Below, piece by piece: positions 25,556-38,839 of a stretch of DNA of 64,000 nt. Under the pieces are notes generated by a model. The model did no database searches, had not been told where the DNA came from, and saw only the letters and a list, made by a program, of their open reading frames with translations. Each line of letters opens with the position of its first letter. Positions within the stretch are counted from its first letter, which is position 1. Source of the stretch: Vicugna vicugna. Taxonomy: Eukaryota. The stretch lies in contig MU058463.1 of the NCBI GenBank assembly GCA_013265495.1, positions 2,379,523 to 2,443,522 of the forward strand, read 5' to 3'. Made by a program: the position numbers and the translations under genes.

Positions 25556-27118
25556 TTAGATACAACAGCTTTAAAGTGATGGAGAGGGTTGTTGCTCTCT
25601 CAAGAGCAAAGACTAGAGGGAACAGAGAGCTGCCATGGAAGAGGACTTGGACTTCTGAGGGGATCACACACAGCTGACTCTGAAAGTGATAAAAGATGCT
25701 GGAAGGAGACACAAAAGAACTGGATGTGGGAGCATCTTTTCTTCCTTTCTTCTCTTTGATAATCTCCCAGCAGCGCTTCCCACTGGCAGTTAGTCTGGGA
25801 ACTGTAGTTTGCAGTTACAGAGTCAAATATAGAGGGGTCAGGTGGGGTCTGAGAGGCAGTAGGTAGATGACAGCAAAAGCTGCCATCACCATTTCTCCCA
25901 GGGATTGTCAGGAAAATAAGATTGCCGACGCCTTGCTTTGATACCCTAGGTCTTTGAAGAGGCGTGTCCGCAAGGCCACTGTCTTAAGTTTGCTGCACTT
26001 GTAAGTCATGCGTTGGAATAACTGGACACATGTTGCACAAATATCAATGAAAGGTCAGTGAAGACGACTTTTTCTAGGTCCACACAAATTAGACTTTTTT
26101 TTTCCCCAAAGGCTATCTCTGTTGTTTGGTAGTGGTTGATTTCATTTCATATCCCCATATGGCTAACCTTTGTGTGATTCCATGCCCAAGGATTTCACTT
26201 GCCTGCTTTTATCTACTCTCAGGCTCTGGGGTTGCTTTTTCTTTATGGCCTTTCTCATTTGCCTCTCTATTTCTGATAATGAGGTATCCTGGGTGTTGAC
26301 TCTTTGAGAGGATTTTTCCGTATGCAACTCAAAGAAAAAGATGCTAAAGAACCTGAGATTTTAACTTATTTCAACTTCCTTTGTTTCTTTCTTATACCCC
26401 TCCTGATCCACTGGGAAGAAATAAGTCTATCCCTTTAGAGAATTTTGAGCTTATGTTCTGGAAAAGAAAACAGAAGCTTGCACATACTTCTTAATATGTT
26501 TTTTGTTTTTGTTTTACATACATTCATTTACACATAAGCATTTGTGTCTGATAAAGACAGATACCTACAGCATTTGAGCAGTTTAAAAAATCCTATTAAG
26601 ACAGTTCTGGGATCCTACCTGATACCCACTTGTCCTGGTGGCAGTGACACCAGGATGAAAGAGCATAATGTACATATACTGAGAAAGTTAATAAAAATTA
26701 CTAAATAAACAATCAGTGGAAACAATAATGTAGATGACAAGTCTTGCTTATATTCTAATTTCCATAGCTATTTTTTTCAAATACATCTGTGATACGCTAA
26801 GAAGCTGTAAGAAGTTTACCAAACAGTTAAACTAATCAGCACTTTTTTTCATTGTATTCTTTTATGTTTTACTACTTTTTATGGCAAATTTTAGAGGCAC
26901 CTCACTTTTGACTTAAAAAAAAAAAGGTATATTTGTCCTAGAGAACTAGACCAAGCTGCAGTCAGTTTTTGGAAAATTGTATCTCCATGGCTTTAAGGGA
27001 GGACTACCTTGATAGGATACACCAAGGAGGTGTTTACAACATGTTGGCTTGCTAATAACATCATTGGTTGAGAAGTGGTAAGTGAAGGTTCTAAACTAGT
27101 ATGTATCATATATAATGT

Positions 27119-27161
27119 GCCCATATATGTATGTGTGCATATATATATATATATATATATA
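27119..27161. repeat. (TA)n microsatellite
   Basis: Visible atatatat run. Other simple repeats: (TG)n 20933-20950, (GGAAT)n ~22045-22062, (TTG)n ~23498-23535, (AACAC)n ~56416-56437, poly-C 10080-10091, poly-G 12723-12733. Confidence 0.9.
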
Positions 27162-27174
27162 AGAAATAAAAAGT

Positions 27175-27530
27175 GCGTTCTAGTGGAAAGAGCCTTAGGT
27201 GACCAGGATTTCAGTTCAGGCTCTACTACTAATTGGCTCTGTGACCTAGGCAAAGTCATTTAACCTCTCTGGACCTGACTTTGCCTATCTGTAATAAAAG
27301 AAACTGAACTACACCAGGAATGACAAGAAAGATACATCTTGACTACTAACTCCAGAAAGTAGCCTGCTAAAGGGCTGAGTTGAAAATTCTAAGACTGAGT
27401 CTGGGCTTAATGAGAAGGAGTGCCGTGATCGATTAGTGCTGTCTGCTATGGGTGCAGGAGGTGAAGAGCAGCACTGTGGGTGCCATATATTAGCTGTCTC
27501 TCTAGACTAGATTACCTCCAAGGTCACCTG
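27175..27530 (+). mobile_element. MIR3-like SINE interrupted by a probable hAT-type MER element (~27313-27500)
   Basis: MIR core tgtgacctaggcaaagtcatttaacctctctg up to gaactacac, resuming at gactagattacctccaaggtc after the insert. Confidence 0.6.
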
Positions 27531-27769
27531 TGCTATGCCATTTAATTCAAGTTATTCATCACTTAAATTTAAATTTATAAACATTTAAAACAAACCGGAA
27601 AAACAAACCTTGAGGTTCCTTGACCTAAGTATGGATTTTGGAAAAACACATTTTCCTTTGGAAGCTGGAATGAAAAAAAAAGTTTCTGCCAGAACTTTTT
27701 TGAAAGAGTTTTAAAAATAATGTAAATTTATCTCCCTTCACTCTTTTATTCTCGCATGAAATATTTATT

Positions 27770-28085
27770 AAGTACCAACTTTGAAATTGATAGAGTGCTA
27801 CGTGTTGAATATTTGCTGAATTGAATTGAATTGGGGGAAAGAAAGATGAATAGACACAGCTTTTGCTCTTGTAGAGTTCATGACCCAGTGGGGAAAACAG
27901 ACGTCCTAGCAGGTAATTCCAATACAATATGTTAAAAGCTATAATGATTTTGTGAAGCTGAAAAAATGAAATGATTAACTTTGTGTGAAGGAATTGCTAC
28001 AGGTTCCACACAGGAGATGACATCTGAGCTGAGTGTTAAAAGGTGAGTAAAAATCTGGTTGGTGGAGAAGGATCGCTTAGGTATT
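27770..28085 (-). mobile_element. L2 fragment(s)
   Basis: gatgaatagacacagc...gagttcatg...ttccacacaggagatgacatctgagctgag. Confidence 0.6.
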
Positions 28086-28598
28086 TTGGCACTATTGAAA
28101 AAGAATTTCTTCTCACAAGTTATTTGTATCTTGGCGGTTGTTTTGGTTAAGGTAGAGCCTAGAAAACTGAAGTATAATTGTTAATGATTATTCTGCTGTT
28201 TGTTTAAGAAACTATGATCAAATGATGTAGGCCTAGAAATGCAATTTGAACTACCTGGGAGAGGAGGAATGAACCGTTTTAGATGAAAGTTTAAATACCT
28301 CTGGATGACAACACCAGGGAACAGCTTGGAAGGAGAGATGACTGAATCGTGCTGATGAAAACTGGAGACTCAAAGAGAAGGAAAGAGAGCACACTGGCTG
28401 AGAAGGGGCTGGGGGTTGAAGGGGTTCATCAGGGAATTTGCATAAGGATTTGTAAAGGAATGGCCCTGCACCAAGAGCCTGCCAGGAAATGACCTAACTT
28501 CTCCAGGAATATAGAGATGGAAACAGTAGTTCATCCTGGAGTATGACAGTGAAATATAGCATTAAGTTATGAGAATGACTATTTAGAGTCAGGTGAAC

Positions 28599-30693
28599 AG
28601 CAGCAGTCAGGCAAGAGAGAGAAATAAAAGGGATCCAAATTGGAAAAGAAGAGGTAAAAGTGTCACTATATGCAGATGACATGATACTATACATAGAAAA
28701 CCCTAAAAAGTCCACACAAAAACTACTAGAAATAATCAAAGAATTCAGTAAGATAGCAGGTTACAAGCTTAACGTTCAAAAATCAGTTGTATTTCTTTAC
28801 ACTGACAATGAATCAACAGAAAAAGAAAATAAAGAAACAATCCCCTTTAAAATAGCACCCAAAGTAATAAAATACCTAGGAGTAAATCTAACCAAGGAGG
28901 TGAAAGACTTACACACGAATAACTATAAAACACTGGTTAAGGAAATTAAAGAAAACTTTAAAAAAAAGGAAAGATATCCTATACTCCTGGATTGGAAGAA
29001 TCAATATTGTTAAAATGGTCACACTGCCCAAGGCAATCTACAGATTTAATGCAATCCCTATCAAATTACCCAGGACATATTTCACAGAACTAGAACAAAT
29101 CATAATAAAATTTATATGGAACCACAAAAGACCTAGAATTGCCAAAGCATTACTGAAGAAAAAGAAAGAGGCTGGAGGAATAACTCTCCCAGACTTCAGA
29201 CAATACTACGGAGCTACAGTAATCAAAACAGCATGGTATTGGTACAAAAACAGACATATAGACCAATGGAACAGAATAGAGAGCCCAGAAGTGAACCAAC
29301 AAACGTTTGGTCAACTAATCTTCAACAAAGGAGGCAAGAATATACAATGGAATAGAGAGAGTCTCTTCAGCAAATGGTGCTGGGAAAACTGGACAGCAGC
29401 ATGTAAATCAATGAAGCTAGAACACTCCCTTACACCATACACAAAAGTAAACTCAAAATGGATCAAAGACTTAAACATAAGACAAGAGACAATAAACCTC
29501 CTAGAAGAAACTACATGCAAAACATTATCTGACATACATCTCAAAAATGCTCCTAGGGCAGCCTACCCACACAATAGGAATAAAAGCAAGAATAAACAAA
29601 TGGGACCTAATGAAACTTACAAGCTTCTGCACAGCAAAGGAAACCATAAGTAAAACAAAACGACAACCTACGGAATGAGAGAAAATTTTTGCAAGTGAAA
29701 CCAACAAAGGCTTGATCTCCAGAATATATAAGCAGCTCATACAACTTAGTAAGAAAAAAGCAAACAACCCAATCCAAAAATGGGCAGAAGACCTAAACAA
29801 GCAATTCTCCAAGGAAGACATACAAATGATCAATAGGCACATGAAAAAATGCTCAATATCACTAACTATCAGAGAAATGAAAGTCAGAGCTATGGATGAG
29901 GTATCACCTCACACCAGTCAGAATGGCCATCATTCAAAAGTCCACAAATGGCAAATGCTGGAGAGGCTGTGGAGAAAAGGGAACCCTCCTACACTGCTGG
30001 GGGGGGGAATGCAGTTTGGTGCAGCCACTGTGGAAAACAGTACGGAGATTCCTCCAAACACTAGGAATAGACTTACCATATGACCCAGGAATCCCGCTCC
30101 TGGGCATACATCGAGAAGGAACCCTACTTCAAAATGACACCTGCACCCTAATGTTCATAGCAGCACTATTTACAATAGCCAAGACATGGAAACAGCCTAA
30201 ATGTTTCAAATCAACAGATGACTGGATAAAGAAGTAGTGGTGTATTTATACAATGGAATACTATTCAGCCATAAAAATGACAACATAACACCATTTGCAG
30301 CAACATGAATATTCCTGGAGAATGTCATTCTAAGTGAAGTAAGCCAGAAAAAAAAGAAAAATACTATATGAGATCGCTCATATGTGGAATCTAAAAAAAA
30401 AAAGTACAAAAGAGAAACAGACTCATAGACATAGAATACAAACTTGTGGTTGCCAGGGGAACAGGGGGTGGAAAGGTACTGGGATTTCAAAATGTAGAAT
30501 AGATAAACAAGATTGTACTGTGTAGCATGGGGAAATATATGCAGGATCTTGTGGTGGCTCACAGTGAAAGAGAATGGGACAATGAATGTATGTATGTTCA
30601 TGTATAACTGAAAAATTGTTCTATACACTGGAATTTTACACAACATTGTAAAATGACTATAACTCAATAAAAAAAAAAGAGTTTAAAAAAATA
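28599..30693 (+). mobile_element. Young lineage-specific LINE-1, 5'-truncated within RT (ORF2 3' part, 3'UTR, A tail)
   Basis: RT motif [24 protein letters not shown] and [25 protein letters not shown] at 30666. Perfect 14-bp TSD AGAGTCAGGTGAAC at 28585-28598 and 30694-30707. ORF2 is broken by frameshifts and stops. Confidence 0.97.
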
Positions 30694-30777
30694 AGAGTCA
30701 GGTGAACCAGAGGCGTCAGTCACTGGAAAAAAAATTATGTAGCACCCATGGAGGGACGAGCTGATTTTGTACTAATT

Positions 30778-31658
30778 AAAATTGTTTTTAATTGGAGTAT
30801 AGTTGATTTACAATGTGCTAGTTTCTGGTGTATAGTAAAGTGATTCAGTTATATACATATATATTCTTTTTCAGGTCATTTTACGTAATAGGTTACTATA
30901 AGATATTGAATATAATTCCCTGTGCTCTGCAGTAGGATCATGTTGTTTTATGTATTTTATATATAGTAGTTTGTATCTGTTAATCCCAAGCTCCTAATTT
31001 ATCCTCTTCCTTCCCGCCCAGTAACCATAAATTTGTTTTCTGTCTGTGAGTCTGTTTCTGTTTTGTAAATAAGTTTGTTCATTTGTATAATTTTAAAAAA
31101 TTCCACCTATAAGTGATATCATATGATATTTGTCTTTCTCTTTCTGAGTTACTTCACTTAGTATGGCAACCTCTAGGTCCCTCCATGTTGCTGCAAATGG
31201 CATTATTTCACTCCTTTTTATGGCTGAGTAGTATTCCATTGTACTTGTACCACATCTTTTTTATCCATTCATCTGTCAGTGGACACTTAGGTTTCTTCCA
31301 TGTCTTGGCTATTGTAAATAGTGTGAACATTGGGGTACATGTATCTTTTTGAAGTGGAGTTTTCTCTGGATATATATCCAGGAGTGGGATTGCTGGATCA
31401 TATAGTAACTCTATTTTTAATTTTTTGAGGAATCTCCAAACTGTTATCCATAGAGGATGCACCAATTTACACTCCCACCAACAGTGTAGGAGGACTTCTT
31501 TTTCCCCACACCCTCTCCAGCATTTTTTATTTATAGAATTTTTGATGACAGCCATTCTGACCGGTGTGAGGTTGTACCTCACTGTAGTTTGGATTAGCAT
31601 TTCTCTAATAATTAGCAGTGTTGAGCATCTTTTCATGTGCCTGTTGGTTATCCATATG
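30778..31658 (-). mobile_element. LINE-1 3' fragment (cetartiodactyl L1_Art-like 3'UTR)
   Basis: Minus ORF 31208-31684 encodes the ORF2 C-terminus ([29 protein letters not shown]). Antisense 3'UTR starts aattggagtatagttgatttacaatg. Confidence 0.93.
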
Positions 31659-32337
31659 AAAGACTTCATTTTTAATATACGCAAAAAACAGTAGAAAAAG
31701 CTAACTCTGTAGATTGGGATGGTTTCTGGGGTAAAATGGTGGAAATTCTTAGACCAGAGGCTGCCTTAGCAGGAAGAGGTCCAGTTCTCAGCTCCCTCAC
31801 CCTTAGAGCTACTGAAAACTGTTGGGAAAAAGTGAGAGTAGACCAGACAGTAAATTTACCTGAAATAGACTTACATGTTGCTCAGAGGGTTTGGTTGCTG
31901 ATGTTTTGAGTCGGGACCGTGTGTTGGCATGCCTGGTAGGTACAGTTAGTGGTTGGATTTGCTTCTTAAGCTCTGTGTACCCATGTGGACAGCAGAGGAG
32001 CTTATTAGCAAAATGCTTGGCTAATACCATCATCTAGGCCCTCTTCTGTGTAAAGCTAGCTGTGTAAAGAGGCTGGGTTGCAAGGACTCTGTCCATTTAT
32101 CCACTGAAAAAGCACATTTATAGATTGAAAGTGCAACAGGCCTTTTGTTGCTCTAAAAGAATAAAATCATATGTGTTAGATGAATAAAAATAAGGCTTAT
32201 ATATTCTGAACAACATAGAGTGGGTCCTTGTGTCTGCCACACAGAACTGAAATTTGTGGGCAGATGTATCTAACTTCAGTCACATAGTACACTTTTGGGA
32301 AATCACTCAAGAAACTGATCCTTTTCCAGTTCATTTA

Positions 32338-32500
32338 TTTTATTTTATTATTATTTTATTTATTTATTATTAAATTTTTTTTTGGCAGGGATGGGGAGGT
32401 AATTAGGTTTTATTTATTTTTGGAGGAGGTACTAAGGATTGAACCCAGGACCTTGTGCATGCTAGGCATGTACTGAACTACTTGAGCTATACTCTCCCCC
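32338..32500 (-). mobile_element. tRNA-derived SINE, camelid Vic-1-like
   Basis: Reverse complement reads gggggagagtatagctcaagtag...gcatgcacaaggtcctgggttcaatccttagtacctcc plus an AT-rich tail. 17-bp TSD CTTTTCCAGTTCATTTA at 32321-32337 and 32501-32517. Confidence 0.92.
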
Positions 32501-32829
32501 CTTTTCCAGTTCATTTAATGAACTCAAGCAGACTGCATTAGTCAGCAGCTGTGATGGCAACTCCTTTCTTTTCACAGCAAGGCCTATACAACAGAGGCAG
32601 GGCTCTGGGTTTCAATTTAGGCATGTCATTTTCTGGCTGAGAATTGTGTGTGTGGCATGTGTAATTAATTTTAGCTAATTTTTTTCTTGCCTTTTTTTTT
32701 TTAATAACCTAAAAGAAAATTTCACAGGGCACAGTGAGATACACTTACTAAACAAAAAGTGCTTTTTCCCACTTTAAAAAACTGTTAGACAGGATTTACT
32801 AGAGCTATAGGGTCTATTAAAATATATGT

Positions 32830-33358
32830 GTCCATCCAATGACCCAGCAATCCCACTCATAGGTATAAACTCCATAGACATGATGTACATAGATACACAC
32901 CAAAGTAAATGTACAAAAATATTCCTAGCAGCAAATTAAACATTCATCATGTTAAGAACCTGCTGGGCATACAATGGAATATTATACAACGAGAAAGTGT
33001 AACATGTTACACAGCAACACAGATAAGTGTCACAAATACAATACTGAGTAAGGACATCAGACACTCCCACCTGCCCTCCAAAGAAGTCAGACAACAAACA
33101 GTAAACTTTGTAAGATTCAGTTTATATGAATTTCAAAAGCAGGTAAAACCAAGCTGTGCTGACGGAATTTGGAAGACTGATTGTACTTGAAGGGGTTGAT
33201 GACTGAGAAGAGACACAGCCCGGGCTTCTGCGGCATTGGTAATGCAGCATTTCTTGATCTGAATGGTGGTTACTTTATTAAATGCCAGTGATATATACAC
33301 TTATGACTTGTGCCCCTTTCTGTGTATATATTTTTACTTCTATAAAAAATTTAAAAAG
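32830..33358 (+). mobile_element. Old L1M 3' end
   Basis: tgacccagcaatcccactcataggtata...tttcttgatctgaatggtggttac...tatacacttatgacttgtgc. Confidence 0.8.
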
Positions 33359-34071
33359 CAGTTTTATTGACAAACACTTTATTTGTAATATTCTAGTCTT
33401 GTATAGATAGACATTTATTTCTCTCTAATTAGCATAGTAGGGTCAAGTCTTTTGCACAGGAATCAGTATTTTTATATATTTTGATCTTTTGTTAAGTACA
33501 TATGTGTACCAATTAGTATTTTCTAAATTGTATGACATTCTCTATAGTAGTTAATCCTGTGGTAGATAATGATGAATTTTAAGAGATGGGATAAGGTAAC
33601 AAATTATATCAAACTTTCTTGTAGAGCAAAAGATTTCTATTAGCTAGTAGTATCAATTGACTGTGACAAATTGTATTTTAACATTTGTGTATTTATTTTC
33701 TTGTATATAAGGACTATGTAGCTCATTTAAACATGGTTTGCCTCTGTTACCACCTTTACTTTCTATGTTTCTTCATAATGTATTATGTCGTTTGCTATCT
33801 TCCCTTTTAATAAAAAGAATTTAAAATTACATTATATATATATATATATCTATAATCTCCATAGAGTACGTATGTGTAGGCTTTTTCTGCATTTCTGTCT
33901 AAAATCATTGGTGTCTTCCCAGAAAGGGGTGTGTGTATGTGTGTGTATAGATGATAGAGAAATTGTAAAGTCAGATGTTGAAAGGAACCAAGGACAATAG
34001 TTCATATCGCCATTTTCAGACAAGAGACCCTACCCTCTGAGAAATTTGGTATTGTAAGACATTCTGTTCAG

Positions 34072-34215
34072 GGCTTGTAAATAACATATAATGGAAAAGA
34101 ATCTGAAGAGAAAAAATACATATGTATGTATATGTATAACTGATTCACTTTGATGTACACCTGAAACTAACATTGTAAATCAACTATACTTCAATGAAAA
34201 TTTTAAAAAGAAAAG
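34072..34215 (+). mobile_element. Short L1 3'UTR tip (L1_Art-like)
   Basis: aatggaaaagaatctg...gtataactgattcactttgatgtacacctgaaactaacattgtaaatcaactatacttcaat. Related to the reverse complement of ~30790-30900. Confidence 0.85.
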
Positions 34216-34799
34216 AACTTGTAGAGACAATAGAATTATAAGACCTTGGCGAAGCAAACTAGACAACAAGCTCTAGTGTTTTTCAAGCCTTCTGGCTTCA
34301 TAGAATCATAAACTGTTGGTGCTGATTGGAATGGAGTGTAGACACCCTACAAACTTGTGGAAATGGTCCCTTAGAGTCTCCCAGGTGCTGGCGATTATGC
34401 ACCAAGGCCCCAGGCACAAAGGAGATGCTACCCTAAACCTGAACCTTTTTGCAGAGACACACTGGAAGGTGAACTGACTGTGCTAACTTTGCAGAGGGGT
34501 CCTCTGCCTTGTGGGAGATGGAAGCCCGTTAAGAGGAAAGCTGCGACGCCTTGAATTTCTTTCCCTCGTGCTTCACTTTAAAAATTTTAAACTTTGCTTC
34601 TATCCTAAGGTATAAGGACACAGCTTTCTGATCTTATCCATTTTCCCATGTCAGATAAACACGTTGGGTTTAGTTAAATTATGAATGTTGGTAATATTCA
34701 TTTGGTACAATTTATATTCTTCTTTTATCTTTTTATTTCTGACAGTTTAGGCTGGGGCATAAAGCATAATTATATTCTTGGCATCCTCCCTTAGAAGTT

Positions 34800-35420
34800 T
34801 TAAATCAGTTCATGAGGCTTTCAGCACGGTCCCTGTCACTCATCCATCAGCATCCAGTCCATTTAATCCCGGCCTCTCAGCCGAGCTGCCCTAGCCCCTG
34901 TTGTGAGTGATTGGCCTGTTCCAGCGCTCCCAGCTTCTCCTGTCACATCGCATTTGCATAAAAGAGGACAGATAACCAAATTTGAGCACACAAATGAAAA
35001 TGCTACGCGCTAAACCTGTCACAGTTGTTGTTCAGCTAATTGTGAAAAATTTGATTTGCTCGCCTTTCACTGTTTGTCATGCGGACCCCCTTCTCAAATG
35101 TGCCTTGGCTCCTGCCTCTGTATGTGCAGCTTTTAAACTCTTGAGTGCAAGCAGCCCACTCTGGGGATTACTTACCTCTCCTACCAGCTTTTAATGTTGG
35201 CTCATCTTCTTGACTAAATTAGGCCACCATGGCAAACAAACACATAATTAAAAACCCAGGAAAGCCAACTTCAGTTGCACTTCTTAAATTGATTTTCACA
35301 ATGCTGGTGTGGGCCTCTGTGTGCTCTTCCATTTGATGATTTTATTTCTTTATATAACCTTTCGGTAGGAGAAAATTAAGGACGGGCGCTGTAGCAAGCT
35401 TTATGTTAGTTTGAAACCTA
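34800..35420. promoter_or_regulatory. Candidate conserved enhancer
   Basis: Repeat-free and CpG-retaining. Octamer ATTTGCAT at 34952-34959, three CTGTCA sites, TAATCC at 34864, TGATTGGC at 34908. Confidence 0.5.
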
Positions 35421-36799
35421 CGTGTTATTTTGCTTCTTTCTGTTCCTCATATAACAAAAATTGTATAATGGGTCTTAAAACACACACTTCAGTTCCCTAA
35501 TACTTTACCTGACATACCAGTATACATTTTTAATCAAGGTTTCAAATGATTCCATTTGAAGCAGTATTAGGAACAATGGATAAAACTCCTTTGCTCACCA
35601 CACTCCATCACATGAGCTCTGTTTAAATGGTATGTAATATGAGTGTTTTGAAAATTTGTATGAGTACTATGTACAGTAGTAAAGAGGTTTTAACTATTCT
35701 GTTTTTACTGGCATTAGGTTGGTAATTTCTTGATGCCCATTAAAACAATACATATGGTGTCTCTGTAAAGTCAAGAAACTTGTTTTCCAGGAGTCACACA
35801 AGAAAATCTCTCTTTCGTATATAACAGACTTCTGATTGCTTTACTGCGTTAATTTGTTTCTAATACTTTAGGTACAAAGTGTTCTAGCAACAATGAAGAT
35901 GGCATTAACCAAAGTTGAAACCTTTTAAGGTTGAATACAGCTTAAATTACCTTTGAGAATTGGAGGGTTATATTTTTGAAAAATTGGGTTAAAATGAAAT
36001 GTGACATTACAGTGATGGTTTGTGGTTTGCAAAAGTTGGATGTAACATCATTTATTGCAGGATTCCTCTGGGATTTATTTTTAGTATGTCATATAAAATG
36101 GATTAATTGAAGAAATATTTGAACATGTATAATTTTATACTGTCTCACCCTAGAGAAAATAATGTATTTCTCTTTGTTACAACCCTCCAAAATGCTGAGG
36201 GCAATATAATGTGAAAATTTGAATGTATACTAATCTCTTTATAATGTTTAATCCCATTTTTGTTTAAAGAAACTAGATTATGGTGTGAAATGCTCACCAC
36301 TTTAACACATACATAATAAATTTAAAGTTGAACTCTTTTTGGACAGAGCTAGGGGAATAATTTCATTCCCATTACATTTTGCATATACTTACACACTTTA
36401 TGTCATCACAATTTCTTACTTTGTGGGCAAAAGTCTCTATGACCCTGATCTTTAAATTTCAACTAGATATGTTTAGCCGCATATGAAGAGTATTGGTTGT
36501 AAGATATTTTAATGTCTCTAATCCAAAAATCTGGAAAGGACCACAAAAATTAGCTTAAAACTCCAAAGTGTTGAATGAGGCTATTGCCAGAAAAATCTCC
36601 TATTACAGCACTTAGCACAGGGCCTTATGCAGAGTAGGCACAAAATGAGTTAATAAGTCTACTCCATTTTCTGCTTGCATTCTGCTTCCACGTTGTGCTG
36701 ATTCCTTTCCAGTAATATTTCTTATTCTTTATCCACATGTATTTCATTTTTGCATTGGTTTAATTATGAATCATATAATCACGGAGGCAAGCATTAACA

Positions 36800-37030
36800 C
36801 TATGTTTAATAGTTTGGGTTTTAGAACCAGATGTGGGTGGGAGTCCTGCCTCCTGCTCTCAGTAGCTGTGTGACCTTGGGCAAAACTCACTGTTATCTTC
36901 AGATTTCTCTTTGACATACTGGAGGTGACAGTAACACCTTCCTCATAGATTAGTTATTAGGTTTAAATGAGTGTGATGTTTTTAGATCAGAGGTTGGCAC
37001 ATAGTAAGTGCTCAAAAATAGTAGCTATTG
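36800..37030 (+). mobile_element. MIR SINE
   Basis: agctgtgtgaccttgggcaa...ggcacatagtaagtgctcaaaaatagtagctatt. Confidence 0.85.
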
Positions 37031-37764
37031 GTACAGTGCATACAAGATTAATGCTTTACTTTTGCCTTTGACCTATTTTAAATACATTGTAAAGGTTTCT
37101 AAGCAACCATACATGAATTTTCATGGCTTTATATAATATTCCATGGTTCACCCATTATTTCCCCAACTACTGAATGTTCGTATTATTACTAGTAATTTCT
37201 TCTTTTTATAAATAAACACAGCTATCTGCATATCTGTTCATTCAGGCTCCTATCCCACCATCCCTACCTTTTGTATTATTCCTCCGAGTTAAGTTTCCAA
37301 GGTGAGATTCCTGTTTCATATGGCATGAACTCTCTACGGGTATTGAACTTATATATATACTGCAAATATACTGCAAAATTGTCATCCAAGAGGTTGAACC
37401 ACTTTACAATGTCAGCCGCAGTCTCCGCCCTCACCAGGGTTGGTCTTGCTTGCATTTTCAGCCTTAGTGTGTTCATCACCTCGAAGTCACATCCCAGGTA
37501 GAGGACGCCCTAAACTCCTGCCGTGCTCTTTTCTTGCTGTTCTATGCCTGGTACCCGTTTTGTATTCACATTAAAATAATTCTTAACCATTTTTTATCTT
37601 ATGACACTATTAGAATTAGTCTTCTATGACTTCTACATTTTGAATAAAGTTAAAAGTTTTTATTAGTTAAGATAAACTGTTGAACCAACTGTTACCTACT
37701 AAGTCTACTATTTCTTTCTTTCTCTCTCTCTTTTTTTTTTTTTTTTTCTTTTAGGAAACTGCAC

Positions 37765-37975
37765 AGCCTAGGTCCAGGAATGCAGGCGTCAAGTCAGACA
37801 GATCCAGGCTTGAATCCTGATGCTATTACTTGCCCCGTTGTGTAACCTCAGGTAAAATCTGGGAACTTCAATTTGTCACTTAGGAAAAGAACAACCATGC
37901 CAGCCCTGTGTGGTTACTGTGATTTGAGGCATGTGAAATCTTGTCTGGCATTAGGCACTCAATAACTTCTAGCTA
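37765..37975 (+). mobile_element. MIR SINE
   Basis: agtcagacagatccaggcttgaatcctg...tgtgtaacctcagg...taggcactcaataac. Confidence 0.75.
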
Positions 37976-38839
37976 ATTTACTCTCTCAATTGCTACTCCA
38001 TTTCTACTCTTGTGTTTTTCTCAAAATATTTCCTGCAATTATTTTTTCTTTTCCATTTCCAAATCATTGTAAACACTGAGATGATTTTTTTTCTTTCTGC
38101 TGAATTTTGAATTTTTTAAATTTGAAATCATCTCTATTCATTTCTCCACATCAGACTTACCTGCTTCAACAGCTACTTCTCTTAGTCTCTTATTTGGAGC
38201 GTCCCAAATGGATGCTTGTGCATACAGGATTTTTTGTTTGATGATTAAGCTTACGTTGGGATAAAACACTGAAGGAATCCATAAATTAATATGAAAATGA
38301 AGTTGTCATTTGGGTGGGGAAAGGAGAAAAGAGGAGAGAAGAAGTTTATGGAATCATTTCTACTTGCCAGTAAATAAAAACCATTTTGCTTCCTGAGTGG
38401 CTCTAAGATATCCTCCAGGTCTTGGCGCTGGCAGAACTTGGGATGAAAGAGACTCCACAGCTATTTGGCTAATAATGTTTACAAAGTGCTTCCACTCATC
38501 TTGCCCTGTTTAAATTTTTAATTGTATAAAAACATTTCCCTGACCTTAGGAAACTTACAAGTGAGTTGGAAATATAAACAAAGCATATTTTTTAAAAATC
38601 ACAGAAAAAGATTAGAAGCAAACAATGCCACCAGCATGGCATGGCACAGACCCAGGATTGTCCAGCTCAGGCAGTAAAGGAGCTGAAGAATGTACATGGT
38701 CCCTAAAAATATTAAAATTTAGTTTAAACAGTAGCAACCACAACACCATGTTGACCAAACGAAACACATCTGCGTGGCATTCTGTGGAATGCTGCTTTGT
38801 GACCACTTGTATGCAAATTATGTTATGTTTACAGAACCA

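Noticed and set aside
28660..30237. Reverse transcriptase ORFs as a novel RT system
   Set aside because: Ordinary LINE-1 ORF2, 5'-truncated and frameshifted, with 3'UTR, A tail and TSD.
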